Positions 47,443-61,627 are shown, counted from the stretch's first letter. The stretch is 64,000 nucleotides of DNA from Schmidtea nova (GCA_044892505.1 CM097882.1:377208001-377272000), one strand, 5' to 3'. Numbers and translations are program-made. Notes: a model not told the origin generated them from the sequence alone.

Positions 47443-50030
47443 AGTAGGTAGTCAATGGTTCTTTGGCGCACTTCAAATACTACCCACCCCCACCCCCCTA
47501 GAAAATTTTTTCTCTGCGTTTACGGGCCACTATGTTTTTCTGGCCATTTTTGTATTAGAAATTTATTGTCGGTCTTTTGTACAGGTGCGTTAGCGGGCCA
47601 TTATGTTTTTGGGTCGATCTTTTGTATTGGAAAATTTTTGTCAGTCTTTTGTACAGGGATTTTTAGCTCCGAGATTTTTCTTGGGCAAAAAGGGACTCTG
47701 GTATTTTGTACATGGAATACTGGTCGGTGTTTTTTGTACAACAATTTCTTCTCCCAGATTTTTCTAGGGCAAAAAGGGACTCTGCTAATTTTGAACTGAA
47801 ATTTTAATGGTAAATAAAAACACGTGTAAATCTTTTAAACAAGTAAAATACATTGAAATTATTTTGAATAGGATTTTCAATTCCCACAATTTCTCGGGCA
47901 AAAAGGGACTCTAGTAATGTGAGAGTTGAAATGACACAATATTTAAAATTTATTAAAAAAAAGGGTAACATTAATTTTTTGGAGAAATCAGAGTTGGTAA
48001 ATTTTTAAATATAAAATTAAATTCTTTTTCACAAAATGAAATTCTTTTTTCACAAAATTCATTTTTAAACCAATAAAAGTATTAACTAATAAAATGAAAC
48101 ATTTTTAACTAATAAAAATTCAAAAAAATAAAAAGAAACATTTTTAACTAAATTTTATTAAAATAAATCTTCTTCGTCGTCTTCTTCTGTAACTTGATTG
48201 AATTCTGTGTCATTAATGTCTTTATAATGCCCGTATGCACAACTTTCATTTTTTCCCACCCAAACCCTTTTATCCTCTTTATTACTTAGTGCAATTTTTG
48301 AATTTTTAAAGCTATATAACTGATGATTTTTTGTACCTATTCTAAATTGTGGTACACTAATCTCTGAGTTATTTAAATAACATTTTACATATGAATCGTG
48401 GTCTATTTTAGTATCCTTTATTGTTGCTCCCTTAGCTTTTGTAGTATTAGTTTTACCCAACAAGCTGTAACATTTCGGTCTAAGGAAAATCCACTCGTCA
48501 TATCCTTCACCCTTACTTTCATCTTTAAATTTCCCAATAACAGAATCCAATTTCTTGCTGTATAGTGGGTGATCAGTTGGATAATTTGATGTATCTAACA
48601 AGTTATCATTTTTCATTTCATTTAATAATATTTCTAATTTCTAGAAAAAACGAATCTGTATCGCCTGCTACGATATTTATCTGACAACTATATTTGTCGC
48701 GATATTTTTGTAAATCTTTGTATTGTAATTCGTACATTCGAAGTTTTGATAAATCAAGCACCGATTGTCCAATATAACTCGGTCTATCTAAACAAATCGA
48801 ATCTGGATTTAATAAAGCAGCAATTAAATTATCGACGATTTTAATAGATTTTTTGAAAGAAGGTTTGGATGTTTATTTAACTAGATTTTTCTCCGTTGAA
48901 CATAATCTTAAATTCATTCTCCTTTTAAGATTTTCCACTGTTTTGCCATACAGATTATTATTGAGTAATTTGAAAAAGTTTTTATCTAAAGTATTACTAC
49001 TTTTCGCCCGCAATTCAGTGTTGGTGTCTATATACTTTTTGAAAATTGGATATTGCTTAAATTTAACTGCTCTATTTATCTTTGTGACTTTAACACTAAG
49101 TTCTAAATATAATTGAAGTAATCGCCAATGAATTATATAATTCTTTTTAGGGTAATGAGTCAATAGTAATTTTTCTACTTTTGAACCTCGTGGTTTCATT
49201 TTTTCTGCAGCTACTGGGAAATCATCCAAGAAATCATGAATTTCAGCAGGTATTTCCAAATCTACCTCTAAAGTGTAACCGTAAGATATAGATTCAAGAT
49301 TTAGATTAATACAGTCATGCAAAATATTATCTAAATTATCAGTCATCCAACTAAATTATCCACAAGGTAAAGGTTGACTTAAAGTCCATCCGTAAAGATT
49401 ATTTATATCGATATACAATAATTCTGTATTTTCATCGGTTTTAACGAAGTGTTTATTTACAAAAGTCAGACCTCCTCGAATTCCCCCTTCATAAAAGCTA
49501 AACATTTCATTTTCTGTTATTAATTCTATTGGTTCATCTAAAGTCATTAAAGAAGATGACCAAGACATGCCAGGAATACCGAAGTAATTCAATGGCTCTA
49601 ATCTATTGTGAGCTATAGATTTGGTTCGAAATTGCTGAATGAAATCAGCCAAAAGAAAGCAATCAAGTTTCAAGTAAGTCATCAAATAATCTAAAAGAGT
49701 AACACAGTTTGTTTCTGTCCAAATCAGTTGTGCCTTTTCATATTCTTCTTTTGAAACACCTTTTCAGATTGGTGGTAACTCATAAGTATTTTCAAGAACT
49801 TCTAAACTTGTAGCAAAGCTATACGGAAAAATACCTTTTCAGAAACTATAGTTCCATTAAAAACCGAATTTGTCAAAGGTAAAGATTTCAACGTTTTCAC
49901 TGCCTTTGCCAAAGAATCATTCACAAACTGGTATGAGTCTATAAATCTTAAACTAATCTTGCCAACATGAGCTATCAATGAAATAAATTTTTCAGTTGTA
50001 ATAGGTATACAACCCAATGACCAATTCTTG
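47443..50030 (-). mobile_element. polB: Third Polinton: terminus, subterminal repeats and disrupted pPolB of a divergent family
   Basis: AGTAGGTAGTCAATG at 47443; GGGCAAAAAGGGACTCT at 47683, 47767 and 47896; pPolB pieces (YLKLD, GIRGG, DINNLYG, KLLNNNLYGK, RPKCYS) ending at the stop at 48158; other end not found. Confidence 0.8.
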
Positions 50031-53000
50031 AACTTATTTAATCCGTTTAAATTCTTTGTCAAAAATATTCTGAAACTTGCAACTATTAAACAACCTATAC
50101 AATAGTTCGGGTTAGTATTAAAACCATATAAGCAAAATCCAAATATGATAAATATGGTTAAAATCAAAAAAATATCAAAATAACTAAGTGTGCAAAAATT
50201 ATTAAAGTTATTAAGTTATTAAGTTTAAAGACTAACTCAAATTTTATAATAAAAACTTAGTAAAAGGTTCCTAGAAAAAGTAATTTGGAAATAAAAAATT
50301 AATTAAAAATTAATTAATCGCTCAATGGTAAGCCCGAGACAATGGAAAACCCGATCAATGAGGAAGGCCTGGAGAGCGAAAAGACCCGAGAAATTAAAGG
50401 CGAGTAATTTTCAAAGAAAATTGAGATAAGCCCACTGTACGGTAAACAAATTAATTTGTCATTATCGTCATTAACTCAAAATATTCGAGATAATATTTAC
50501 ACACAATTAGATAAATGTCCCATCAAAAGAGTATAAAAAGAAGTCAAAATAAAGACAAAACGCTGGTTGGTTGAAAATATTTACGTCAAAATTGTAAATT
50601 GAAAAACTTTAGGAAAGTTAATAGATGGAGAAAAAAGTGATTATAATAAAACTTTACTCAATGAAACATACCAGAAAAGGTGATTACCTCTTGGGTCATC
50701 TGCCTTAACGTTGAATCAAATTAAAGGAAAGTGCAAATTATTGTAAAATTGTAAATTAAAGACAAAAAGTAATTTGTTGTGACAGTCAAATAAAATTCTT
50801 GTGTTGGGTATTATTGATTTTGATAAATAAAAGGACACGAGAAGTCAGAGGTTGTAGCGATTTAGTGGTTTAAAAAATAAACCAACACAATATTGCTTAC
50901 TGTAATTATAATAACTTTACTTAAACAAAAGTTTTTAATTCTTCCAATGTCTAATGACACAATTACAATAGTAAAGTAGTAAATATTACAAAAATATAAA
51001 TTAAAAATTTAGAAAATAAGTTTTAAATATTTCTCATTTCAACATGACAATCATCATCAATCAAATGTGAGTGAAAACTCGAAGGGAATTCTTTTGTGTA
51101 TTTATCATCAATTTTAAATCAAAAGCTTTACCTGATTTATTGTGAGAAATAATTCACAGAAATAAAAATAGAAGATTCAGAAAGCCAAATTGTCTAGGTT
51201 AAGAATATGATATGAAATCGGCTTCCGTAGTTTCATAACAACTTCATTATGACAGGATCGCTCAAATTTTAATATGAAATAAACATTTTTAAAAATAATA
51301 TTTTAAATTATTTAAATTTATAATTTGTTTGCACAATATATTAAATCGATTTAGAATTTATTTCCTATTTGATGTTGACAGTAAAGCTGTAGAAATATAT
51401 AGCAATACAATTGCTTTATTAACGCTTTTTCATAATTGAATCTTTGCCACGTTAATTTAATTGTCATTTAAAATTAAAACAAATATATTAAAATATTTCA
51501 TTTAACCCTAATCATATCAATATGAGGCTCCAAGTCACATCTGAGGTGTAAAGGAACGAGCCTATGAAATTATTTACATTGAAATTTGAAAAATAATTGG
51601 CATTTATTAAATATGATAATTTTTCGTGTTAGGATATTGGAAAGTAGTGAAATCTTTACAATTAAAATGCTACAGAATTGGAGTAAAACATATACATAAA
51701 AAATAATTGAACCTGTTCAATCTAGTTTTTGCATAGAAAACAATACTGATTGGGGATCAATGGAGCATACTGAGTTGTATGCTCCATTTTAAAATTTCAG
51801 ACGTTTTTAGGGTGATTTGACTAAAATTTCAGTTAACTTATATACTAAATTATAGTTTCCTATACCCTTGTGTGGTATTGATTCTTTTTATTATTATTAC
51901 AGCACTCATTGTGCTCATAAATTTATTTTAACCCCATGGAATGTTATTATTATCATTATTATAATTAACATTGTAAGGAACAAGTAGATTAATTAATTAA
52001 ATTAACCTATTATTCAATAATAATTCAAAATCATAATTTCAAGTTAGAAATTATTTATGATGCTTGATTGTTGTGCTTGTATGTTGGTATGTGTATGTGT
52101 GTTTGGAGGTATTCTGTAACAATAATGAGTAAAACAATAAACTCCCTTTTTAGATGTTATACAATGATGAGCTATAAAAGTGTGAGTTGTATATTTGTCG
52201 TCAGAATATATTTTGGTGTATCTATNNNNNNNNNNNNNNNNNNNNNNNNNNNNNNNNNNNNNNNNNNNNNNNNNNNNNNNNNNNNNNNNNNNNNNNNNNN
52301 NNNNNNNNNNNNNNNNNNNNNNNNNNNNNNNNNNNNNNNNNNNNNNNNNNNNNNNNNNNNNNNNNNNNNNNNNNNNNNNNNNNNNNNNNNNNNNNNNNNN
52401 NNNNNNNNNNNNNNNNNNNNNNNNNNNNNNNNNNNNNNNNNNNNNNNNNNNNNNNNNNNNNNNNNNNNNNNNNNNNNNNNNNNTTAGCAGAGTTTAATAA
52501 AATTTAATAATAAGGAAACAGTGTTAAGCCTACTCCTCAATGTTTATTTAAATGAAATATTTCGATCTTAAAAAGATCAAATTATAATATAAACCATAAG
52601 TTCATGATCACTAAAATATCAATAAAAAATTTCAGTCAAGATCACAAAAAATATTTCTTTTAAAAATAAATTTTCATATTCAAATAAATAAATGATATTA
52701 TTCCTTTTTATTTACACTTAATATCATAAACATTAATAATATTTAAGAAATGGTTGAAATAAAAAGGGTTTTGAGGATAAAATGTATTCAGCTTAGGGCT
52801 GTGAAGGTTACTGAAGTTATCCATCATTTACTATGCTGAATGTTACAAAGGTATTCTTTCTTTCAGATGAATTACTTGTTTATGTAAAGTGAATCTTTAT
52901 ATATGTAATTAATAGTTCCATATTGTATTATAGAATTGAGGGGTCTACATAAAATTTCAATATTTATGGGTAATAATACGTGAATGAAAATAATCTCAAC

Positions 53001-54699
53001 CGGAACCTTAATAAATCCAACAGAAGTAGAAGTGCAAATGCTATTAATTTCATGACGTCTCTAATCGCTCTGCTATTAGTTACTCAAATTATTATTTTGG
53101 GAAAAATAAAAAACTCTCTTAAGCTTTAGATTAATCCGTAACGAAAAACGTTTTCATACATTTAAGCAAAGTTGCATTACGGTGAAAGAAATGAATAATA
53201 TACACTAATTGAAATAAACTCGATTAATCGGGATTTGCTATTATTTGTACAATAAATTTTTTTAATTATTACTTTGTAAAGATTTTATAATTATATAAAA
53301 TTGTTCGAAAAGAAAGAAAGGTAGAAAATTTGCCAATAGTAAGAAATTCTGAAGTCTCATAATATTAAAAATCGTAAACGTCTCATGCGGCAGGGAACAA
53401 TAAAACTGATCCTATCTTAAATTTCTGAACAAATCCAAATTCAATTAGTAATGAAACGGATACAATTTGTTATTATTTTACTCTTGAAAAGGATTTATAC
53501 AAGTTTTTTTTCAGAAAATGTTATGATTTTAAGTTACTCCTTAGTTAACAAAATATTCTTGCACAAGTATGAAACTTGCGAATTGCTCACTAAGTTTAAT
53601 CATTAAAATTTTTAATCTTATTTACCTGTGATATTTTTCATATTTCATTTTATTTTTCGCACTGCTTTTTTCAGACGTTATTTCCATGAAAATAACATTT
53701 TCAAATGACAGTGCCGGTAATCTGTGTTGAATTAGAGTGGAAAAAATATTTGGTTTATTATTTGAAATATAAAGGAAAACAAATATCTAAGTTTTAAATA
53801 ATTAATTAAACTAAACCGATAAAACGGAATTTATTCGAAAAACTGATTTTTTTAATCAGCTTTTAAAATACACTTTAAAACATATCATAACAAAGTTGTC
53901 GCTATACGTTGGACTAGAAAAATGAAAGATTTTGATAAAGATTTCCATAGAACATAAGTTATCAGAATTTCTTTATATTAAAATTTTAACACTAGAATTT
54001 CAGAAAACTAAATAATTATCATTTTAAAAAGGGAAAGAAATGTGGTACTTTCCGGTTATTTCTATTATATAATCATTTTTTAACTAATTTAGGCANNNNN
54101 NNNNNNNNNNNNNNNNNNNNNNNNNNNNNNNNNNNNNNNNNNNNNNNNNNNNNNNNNNNNNNNNNNNNNNNNNNNNNNNNNNNNNNNNNNNNNNNNNNNN
54201 NNNNNNNNNNNNNNNNNNNNNNNNNNNNNNNNNNNNNNNNNNNNNNNNNNNNNNNNNNNNNNNNNNNNNNNNNNNNNNNNNNNNNNNNNNNNNNNNNNNN
54301 NNNNNNNNNNNNNNNNNNNNNNNNNNNNNNNNNNNNNNNNNNNNNNNNNNNNNNNNNNNNNNNNNNNNNNNNNNNNNNNNNNNNNNNNNNNNNNNNNNTG
54401 GTTTATTATTATGATTTTATAATAATTATTATTAATTAGGATAGTATTTTATTAGGATAGTATTTTATCAGTGTCTTTTATTAAATTTGATTAATTTTGG
54501 AANNNNNNNNNNNNNNNNNNNNNNNNNNNNNNNNNNNNNNNNNNNNNNNNNNNNNNNNNNNNNNNNNNNNNNNNNNNNNNNNNNNNNNNNNNNNNNNNNN
54601 NNNNNNNNNNNNNNNNNNNNNNNNNNNNNNNNNNNNNNNNNNNNNNNNNNNNNNNNNNNNNNNNNNNNNNNNNNNNNNNNNNNNNNNNNNACCTTTGAT

Positions 54700-56240
54700 C
54701 TTTTTTTATTATTATTATCAATAATTCTCATAATGACTATAGATCAAAATTTTTTTTTATAAACAATAACACAATATTTCGGCACAGCCTTTATCAAGTG
54801 TGTATTTCTATCGTTATATTTACTTAATACTAAATAGTAGCCTTAATTATTTTTTTAAATATTTTATAATGATTTTATTGGATGAAAAAATATATTTTAA
54901 TTTTTTTGTGCGAATTGAATGTTGATGGACAGTTTGTATTTTTTTATGTAAAAAGTCTCGGAAGCTAATCTTTGTAATGAATTTTTGAATCCCTCTTGTA
55001 GAATCTGGCATTTTGTTTCTTCTATAGATGGAGTTGTTTTATGTACTTTCTCCCAGTGTTCGTAATAATTACTGGTTTTGTTTTTAGTGTGTTCATTAAG
55101 TCGGGTGCGAAAAGTTCTATGTGTTTCTCCTATGTAAGTAGCGTCACATTTTTGACAAGAAAGTTTATATACTATATTTTTGGAAAAGCAAAAGCATCGG
55201 GTTGTGGAACGGCAAAGACATTTATGTTTGGAGATGTTGGAAATTGGTGGCTTTCGGTGTTGTGATTTTAACGGTGCGTAGGTTATGAACGTTGGACGGA
55301 CGTGGATAGGCAAATCTGTTTGATTAAAAATGTTGGTGATTTTGTTGGCTGTAGTGTCATTTAGGAAAGGTAATCTTAGATATGTTGTGTGTTTGTTATT
55401 GTTAATATGTTTCTGGCGTTTTCTATTGTTGCGTTTATTGTGGTATGGTTCGTTAAGGAAGTGTTTTTTTAGAAATTCTTCAGGGTATCCATTTTGGAGG
55501 AATTGTATTTTGAAGTTTTCTAATGTTTCTTGTAGTTTGTTTGCGTCTGAACAGTTTCTTATGGCTCTTTTTCTTTCTCCTATTAGTAATGCGATTTTGC
55601 GTTGAAATGGAACGTGGCTTTTCCATGGGAGGATATGACCGCTATGTAAACTTTTAGAATATAGCTCGGTGTTTGCATTTAGTGTATCTTGGTCTTTTGT
55701 GAAACTTACTATGGTATCTAAAAACGGTATTTTAACTTCTGTGTTCGGTGTTTCAAAAGTGAATTGTTTGTTGGTGTTAGTAGAATTTGCGTGTGATAGG
55801 ATTTGATTGAGAGGGATTGTGGAGACTATGAAGATGTCGTCGATGTATCGTTTCCAGAAAAGTATTTTGTCCCCAAAAAAAGATATGATCTTAGATCCTA
55901 TAAAGTTCATGTAGAAGATGGCTAAGATGGGAGAAAGGTTATTACCCATGGCTAATCCATGAATTTGTTTGAATGGTTTTTCTTTAATTATGACAGTATC
56001 TGAATTTATTGCTAATTTTAGAACTTCTATAAAGTCTTGTTTAGTTAAGTCTGCGAGGTCAGTATTGGTTTTATGAGTTTCAAAGAAAGAAGCTGCGATG
56101 TCGAAAATATTATTCTCTCTGTGAAGAGGAATAGATCCGTTAAGATTGGAAACGTCAAGAGATCCCCAGAAGTACTGTTGTCCTGCGTTTAACGGAAGAG
56201 ACGTATTTGTAATTTCGGAGACGAATTCAGTTGAGATAAT
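54700..56240 (-). mobile_element. 5'-truncated Penelope-like element with terminal pLTR
   Basis: Same family as 15365-17245; homology begins at ~56240. Confidence 0.92.
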
Positions 56241-56270
56241 CGAAAAGTACCAGAAATGTTCTGAATTCAT
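54897..56270 (-). CDS. Open PLE RT (QIHGLAMG, YIDD) + GIY-YIG ORF, 457 aa
   Basis: Uninterrupted frame in the ORF track; the first ~13 residues are not PLE-derived. Confidence 0.85.
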   Translation of the reverse strand: MNSEHFWYFSIISTEFVSEITNTSLPLNAGQQYFWGSLDVSNLNGSIPLHRENNIFDIAASFFETHKTNTDLADLTKQDFIEVLKLAINSDTVIIKEKPFKQIHGLAMGNNLSPILAIFYMNFIGSKIISFFGDKILFWKRYIDDIFIVSTIPLNQILSHANSTNTNKQFTFETPNTEVKIPFLDTIVSFTKDQDTLNANTELYSKSLHSGHILPWKSHVPFQRKIALLIGERKRAIRNCSDANKLQETLENFKIQFLQNGYPEEFLKKHFLNEPYHNKRNNRKRQKHINNNKHTTYLRLPFLNDTTANKITNIFNQTDLPIHVRPTFITYAPLKSQHRKPPISNISKHKCLCRSTTRCFCFSKNIVYKLSCQKCDATYIGETHRTFRTRLNEHTKNKTSNYYEHWEKVHKTTPSIEETKCQILQEGFKNSLQRLASETFYIKKYKLSINIQFAQKN

Positions 56271-57052
56271 TTCAATACGACATTCTTATTCTTGGTTTCA
56301 AAATAATATTTTCTTCATTTAGAACCCAAAAAAATGTTTGGTCAACAATGTTGGGGTTGTGTCTAAACGAGTGTGAAGTGAAATAAAAAGCACAAAAAGT
56401 AGGTGCAAATTACTTATATGACCTTATAATATGTATTATAAGAAATATCAATAAAGTGTTGAGGAAATGCAAAAGCATTGTATTTAAAATTTTTGATTAG
56501 TCTTGAAAGCGGTCATTTTCCGCTGCAGTGTGTTCGGTGATAATAACTTTTAAAACAAATTTTCATTTGAATCATTTTATTCTTATTTTCACTATTTTTT
56601 CAAAACTATAAATCATTTACTGTTATATGTCATAAAACCTGTGTATCTTTCTTTCACTCAATGTTTATTTATTTTTCTCTTAAAAGTCAGAAGATTCCCA
56701 ATCACTTGCAATCGACTTCACTTATTTCTTCCATGTTTTACTCTCAATGATTCTCACATAAATGTTTTATATACTATCTTACAGATATCTCTCATAACTG
56801 TAGAGATATACACATAACTCTACAGTTCATAACTTCCTCCTATAGCAGTAATTGTCATTCTTGATTGTCTTCATAAACTTATACGTCATACTAAAAATAT
56901 AAATAATTAATTTAACACTAAAACTTCGGCAGCTGATTGATATATTTAGGTATACGTTAAACATATCATTCATATTAATGTACTTAAATTGAAAATAAAA
57001 ACTATTTTTTAATTTACTTTAATTCTCAATTAAGGTCATAATTCTTTTATGA

Positions 57053-57535
57053 TGTAATTATAATGGGATATTTGATTTCCCTAACCCTTATTATATATTG
57101 TGTCATGCCTGCATGTGTGATTGATTATGCTTGATTGACTGGGTCCTCAGGTGACATCATTGTTTATTATTTTCCCAATAAGCTTTGCTGATTGTGCTGG
57201 TGTCGGCACACCGGGTACTATAAATAGTACCAAGATTTCATAAATAAAGTTTTAGAACTTCAAAAGTCATTCTTATTCTTTACATGGCGACCACGCTTTC
57301 AACTCAGGAATTATTACGGATTCTCCCACAGCCGAAAATCTATTCAATTGGAGACGATTTGGAAGAATTTATTGAGAAGATTGAATCTTACTTTTCAATT
57401 ATTCAGTTAGACAATAGTCAAAGAAAGGTAATTGTTCGAGCTTATTTGGACGAAAATTGCCGCAACAAATATGACAAGATTCCAGATGAAGAAGATTATG
57501 TGAAAAGGCTTAGACTAGCGTTCGAAGTAAACCAA
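57053..57535 (+). mobile_element. LTR (57053-57284) + PBS + gag N-terminal stub
   Basis: TGTAA...TTACA ends; TGGCGACCACG directly after; ORF LEEFIEKIESYF...LDENCRNKY is Gag-like. Confidence 0.65.
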
Positions 57536-57990
57536 AATATAGTATATAAAATATAGTATATAAAAATAGTGTATAAACTTTCTTGTCAAAAATGTGACAC
57601 TACTTACATAGGAGAAACACATAGAACTTTTCGCACCCGACTTAATGAACACACTAAAAACAAAACCAGTAATTATTACGAACACTGGGAGAAAGTACAT
57701 AAAACAACTCCATCTATAGAAGAAACAAAATGCCAGATTCTACAAGAGGGATTCAAAAATTCATTACAAAGATTAGCTTCCGAGACTTTTTACATAAAAA
57801 AATACAAACCATCCATCAACATTCAATTCGCACAAAAAAATTAAAATAAATTTTTTTCATCCAATAAAATAATTATAAAATATTAAAAAAATAATTAAGG
57901 TTACTATTTAGGATTAAGTAAATATAACGATAGAAATACACACTTGATAAAGGCTGTGTATTTGATCTATAGTCAGCATTATGAAAATTA
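57536..57990 (+). mobile_element. PLE 3' fragment (GIY-YIG + pLTR with partly deleted hammerhead)
   Basis: Near-identical to the reverse complement of 54.8-55.2 kb. Confidence 0.9.
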
Positions 57991-57998
57991 TTGATAAT

Positions 57999-58037
<39 letters not shown>

Positions 58038-61000
58038 TTTAAATGAATTTAAATATATATATATATTTAAATATGCACAAATAAATTAACAAATCTCTTT
58101 TAAAATAGCAAACTATGTGTATTAACAATAAAAATTTTATTTATTTTAATACATTTACATTACATGTGGAAATTGAAGTGTAAAGAATAACAAGATTTTA
58201 ACAAAAAATTTCATATGGTTTTTTTATTGCATTGTTTTTTATTATTAGGTAGAAGTTTGTCTATATAAGCACAAAATAAAATAAAATGCAGTGAAACTGA
58301 GTGCAAATAGTAAAATTCAAAAAGTAATAAAGTAATAAAAAAACAAATAAAGTGCAATCTAATTTAAAAATTAGAAAAATTCAAAATCAATATAATGATG
58401 TGAAACAGGTATGGGCGATACCAAATAATAATACGAATAAAAAAAACAAAATTAAATTAATGGGGGTCACCAGAAATAGATATTAAGAATATAAAAAGTA
58501 AATTAAATTAAATTAATTACTGAAAAACTTGAGCCAATGACAAACCCAAGTTGTATGGAAAATCCGAGTTGTTAAAAAAATAATTAAATTACTTTTGGCT
58601 AATTTTTGACCCAAGGGAAAACACGAGCAGTGCAGGAAAACTAAATTTAAAATAAAATAGTAAATTGGTTAGAGATATATTAATTGTATAGAATCCCGAA
58701 CAAAAAATTATTGATTCTATTGAAAGAAATATCTTTAAAGCGGATAACAATTTCTTAAAATTGCTAGTTGGTGGAAAATATACAATTCATCCAATTATCT
58801 TTAAAAAAAGATAAAGTTAGTTATTCAGATGAATCAGAGAGTAATTAGGGACTAAAAGAGTGAATTGCAGGCAAGCAAATCAATCAGAGAATAATATAGA
58901 AAGCGTAAAAAGTTTGGTTACATATATTATCGCTTTCTCTAGAAGAGTGTAGAGTACATTTTAAGTGCTATATTATGAGTGATTATAGTTAAATTCAATA
59001 CAAGTTATTGGGCTGGGTATTGTTTTTTAAAAGAAGGAGCATGTCGGATAAATTTTGAATTGGCTTGCATAAATAACCCAACAACTATCTTTTATTTGCA
59101 CTTTTGATCTTTTCGTTTCTATTTCAGAAATTTTTCAAATAAATCAAATTTTTTTTAAAAAATTAATTTTTAAAAATATGTTTGATTTAAGGTCCTTAAA
59201 AAATTTTAAAAATATTATCTTTGCTCATTTTCAAATACGAAGCCAATACAATGTATTTTTTACACTAATTTCTTTTACGCGTATTTTTTTGGAAACGTAT
59301 TAGAATATGGTTTATTACACTGATGGATTTTCTGTTATAGATTTTAAAACGGAAGAAGTGGAATTAATTTTTTCAATATAAATTTACAACAATAAAATGC
59401 AGATTTTCAGAAAATTATACCAGTTTAGAAAATGTCATTGTTGAAGCGTGAATTTTTATTTGAATAATTACAATAAGTTTCTTTTCTTCTTTGTTTCCAA
59501 TTGATGAAAATTTGTGTTTTTTATGAAATCTATTTAAATAACAGATAAAATTTACTTTCAAAATGTAAAAGATTTTGATAAAAACAGAAATTAATTGATT
59601 TAAAAAAAATTTAATTTACAAATTACACTTCTGAAATCATTTTATTGATTAATTAAGAAAAATTATTTTGACACGGACAAATTTTATTTATGTGAAATAT
59701 ATTTAAATATTTTTCTTTTGTAAAACTGAAAAAAAAATAATTTTCGAAAAAAAAGTATTTAACTTCGGAAACTCATATTTTTGGAATTGAGTAAATTGAG
59801 CAAAAAATGCACAAAAAATTGTACAAAATAATATTATCGTAAAATTCAAAAAACTAATAAATGAATTTCAAAAATTAATATTAATTGGGAGAAACGGGTA
59901 TTGGCAGATTGATAGTCCTTAGAAAACGTTATTTAAAAAATACAAACTAATTAATTAATTGGGGAAAACAAATAAATGTAATTAGAAATGAAATCCCGGG
60001 ATTCGACAGACAAAATGTCAGCTTGTCAAACAAAAAAACAAATTTATTAAATTTTCTGGCTGTTCATGGGCAACAAATTAAATTATAGATTGTGGCGAAA
60101 AAACACTTTCCTATAAAATGAATTGTCAACTAAGTCAAATTGCCATTCTTGTCGAAGACAAAACGAGAAGTTAAAGTAAAACAAAAAAGAAAAAGAAAGA
60201 GAAAAATAAAAATAAAAATAAAAATAAAAAATAAATATTTTATCAAATTGGTTTTATTGCTTAAGACGGCTTTCCTCAGGGGGGCCTGTACCTATTTTAA
60301 ATAAAAATAATTTGTATCAATAATAATTATAAATTTTTGTTACAATAAATCGTTGTTTTGCTGAATATAAAATTTGCAACTATTTTATCACATGTCATTT
60401 GTTTTTTTAATTTTAATTTTGGAGAGGTCATTTCGAAATCAAAATATTCTTCACTTTTGATATTTTAAAAATTATTTTCATTTTTCCTTCAAAATTTAGA
60501 AAGATTTTTTTTCTAGTGTTATTCAATGAAACTTGATAAAGGCAGTGCATAAAATTGAAATTGAATAGGAAAAATCTATTGTATGAAAAAAATGAAAGTA
60601 AATTTTAATTATTAAATAAATATTTAATATTTAAAGATTAATTTTAAATTTTATCATTTAGAAATTTTTTTTATTTGTGATTTTTATTAAATTTAATTTG
60701 TCAGTTACAATTTATCCGGCACAAGTGTGTCTTGTCAAAGTTTAAACCACAAATATATTTTATTTGAATCTTTTTTGTCTGTTGACCATTTTTAAATCTA
60801 TACTCATATTTGTCGAGCTAAAAATTTTTTTTTTCAGGTGAAAACTTTTCAATTTTTAACTCTGAACAAATTGACAAACCTCCAAATCGGAAAAGGTGCT
60901 CTGGGACAATTGCGTTCAATGGATCATATTTGAAGTAATTGAAATTATTTCTATAAAATAATTCAAAGTATCACGATATCATCTGTGTAAATAAAATATT

Positions 61001-61627
61001 CTCCATTTCTTAATTGGCAATTAAATATTTTTTAAAAGTAAATAAAAAAGATTTATCATAGGAAGTATGGTTGTTTACTATTTGAATTATTTTTACTAAT
61101 TATATAAAATAACCGGTGAACCTGCTAGAAAAATCTTAAAAATTACTTAAAAATAATCATTTATTAATTCAAAAATATTTAATTAAACAAAATATTTTAA
61201 ATTCATTTCAAAATTAACAAATTAAAATAATTAAAAATCAAAATATTCTTCTATTAGAACGACGTTTTCTTTTGCTTCAAGAACTAATATTAGAGAAATC
61301 CAGAGATTTGGCCTTTTGGGTGCCTGGTTATTTTTTAAGAAAATAAAATTATTTTTATAAAATTTGAGTACTTTACAAGTTATGTTTATGAAAAATTGAA
61401 AATATTGCAATGATAAAAAAGTGAATAAAAAAATCAGAATAAAGGAAAATTGTTTGAAATTAATATATAAGTATGATTTCGTATGAAACTATTAAGTTAG
61501 AGGTTTATTTTCTTTTACATATAATTTCTTTATTTCTTTAAAGTCTAGATACAAAATTCTCAATTAAAGTTATTTAATTCAAAAAACTATTCTTAATAGA
61601 AGGAGTAAAAAAGTCAAAATGAAGTTA

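Noticed and set aside
47455-47799. 114-aa ORF in the Polinton subterminal region
   Set aside because: Translation of the tandem repeats (LGQKGTL recurs), not a protein.
51525-51545. CCAAGT+CACATC as the right end and TSD of the third Polinton
   Set aside because: Only 4/6 match to CCTACT, and the upstream sequence does not mirror the left TIR.
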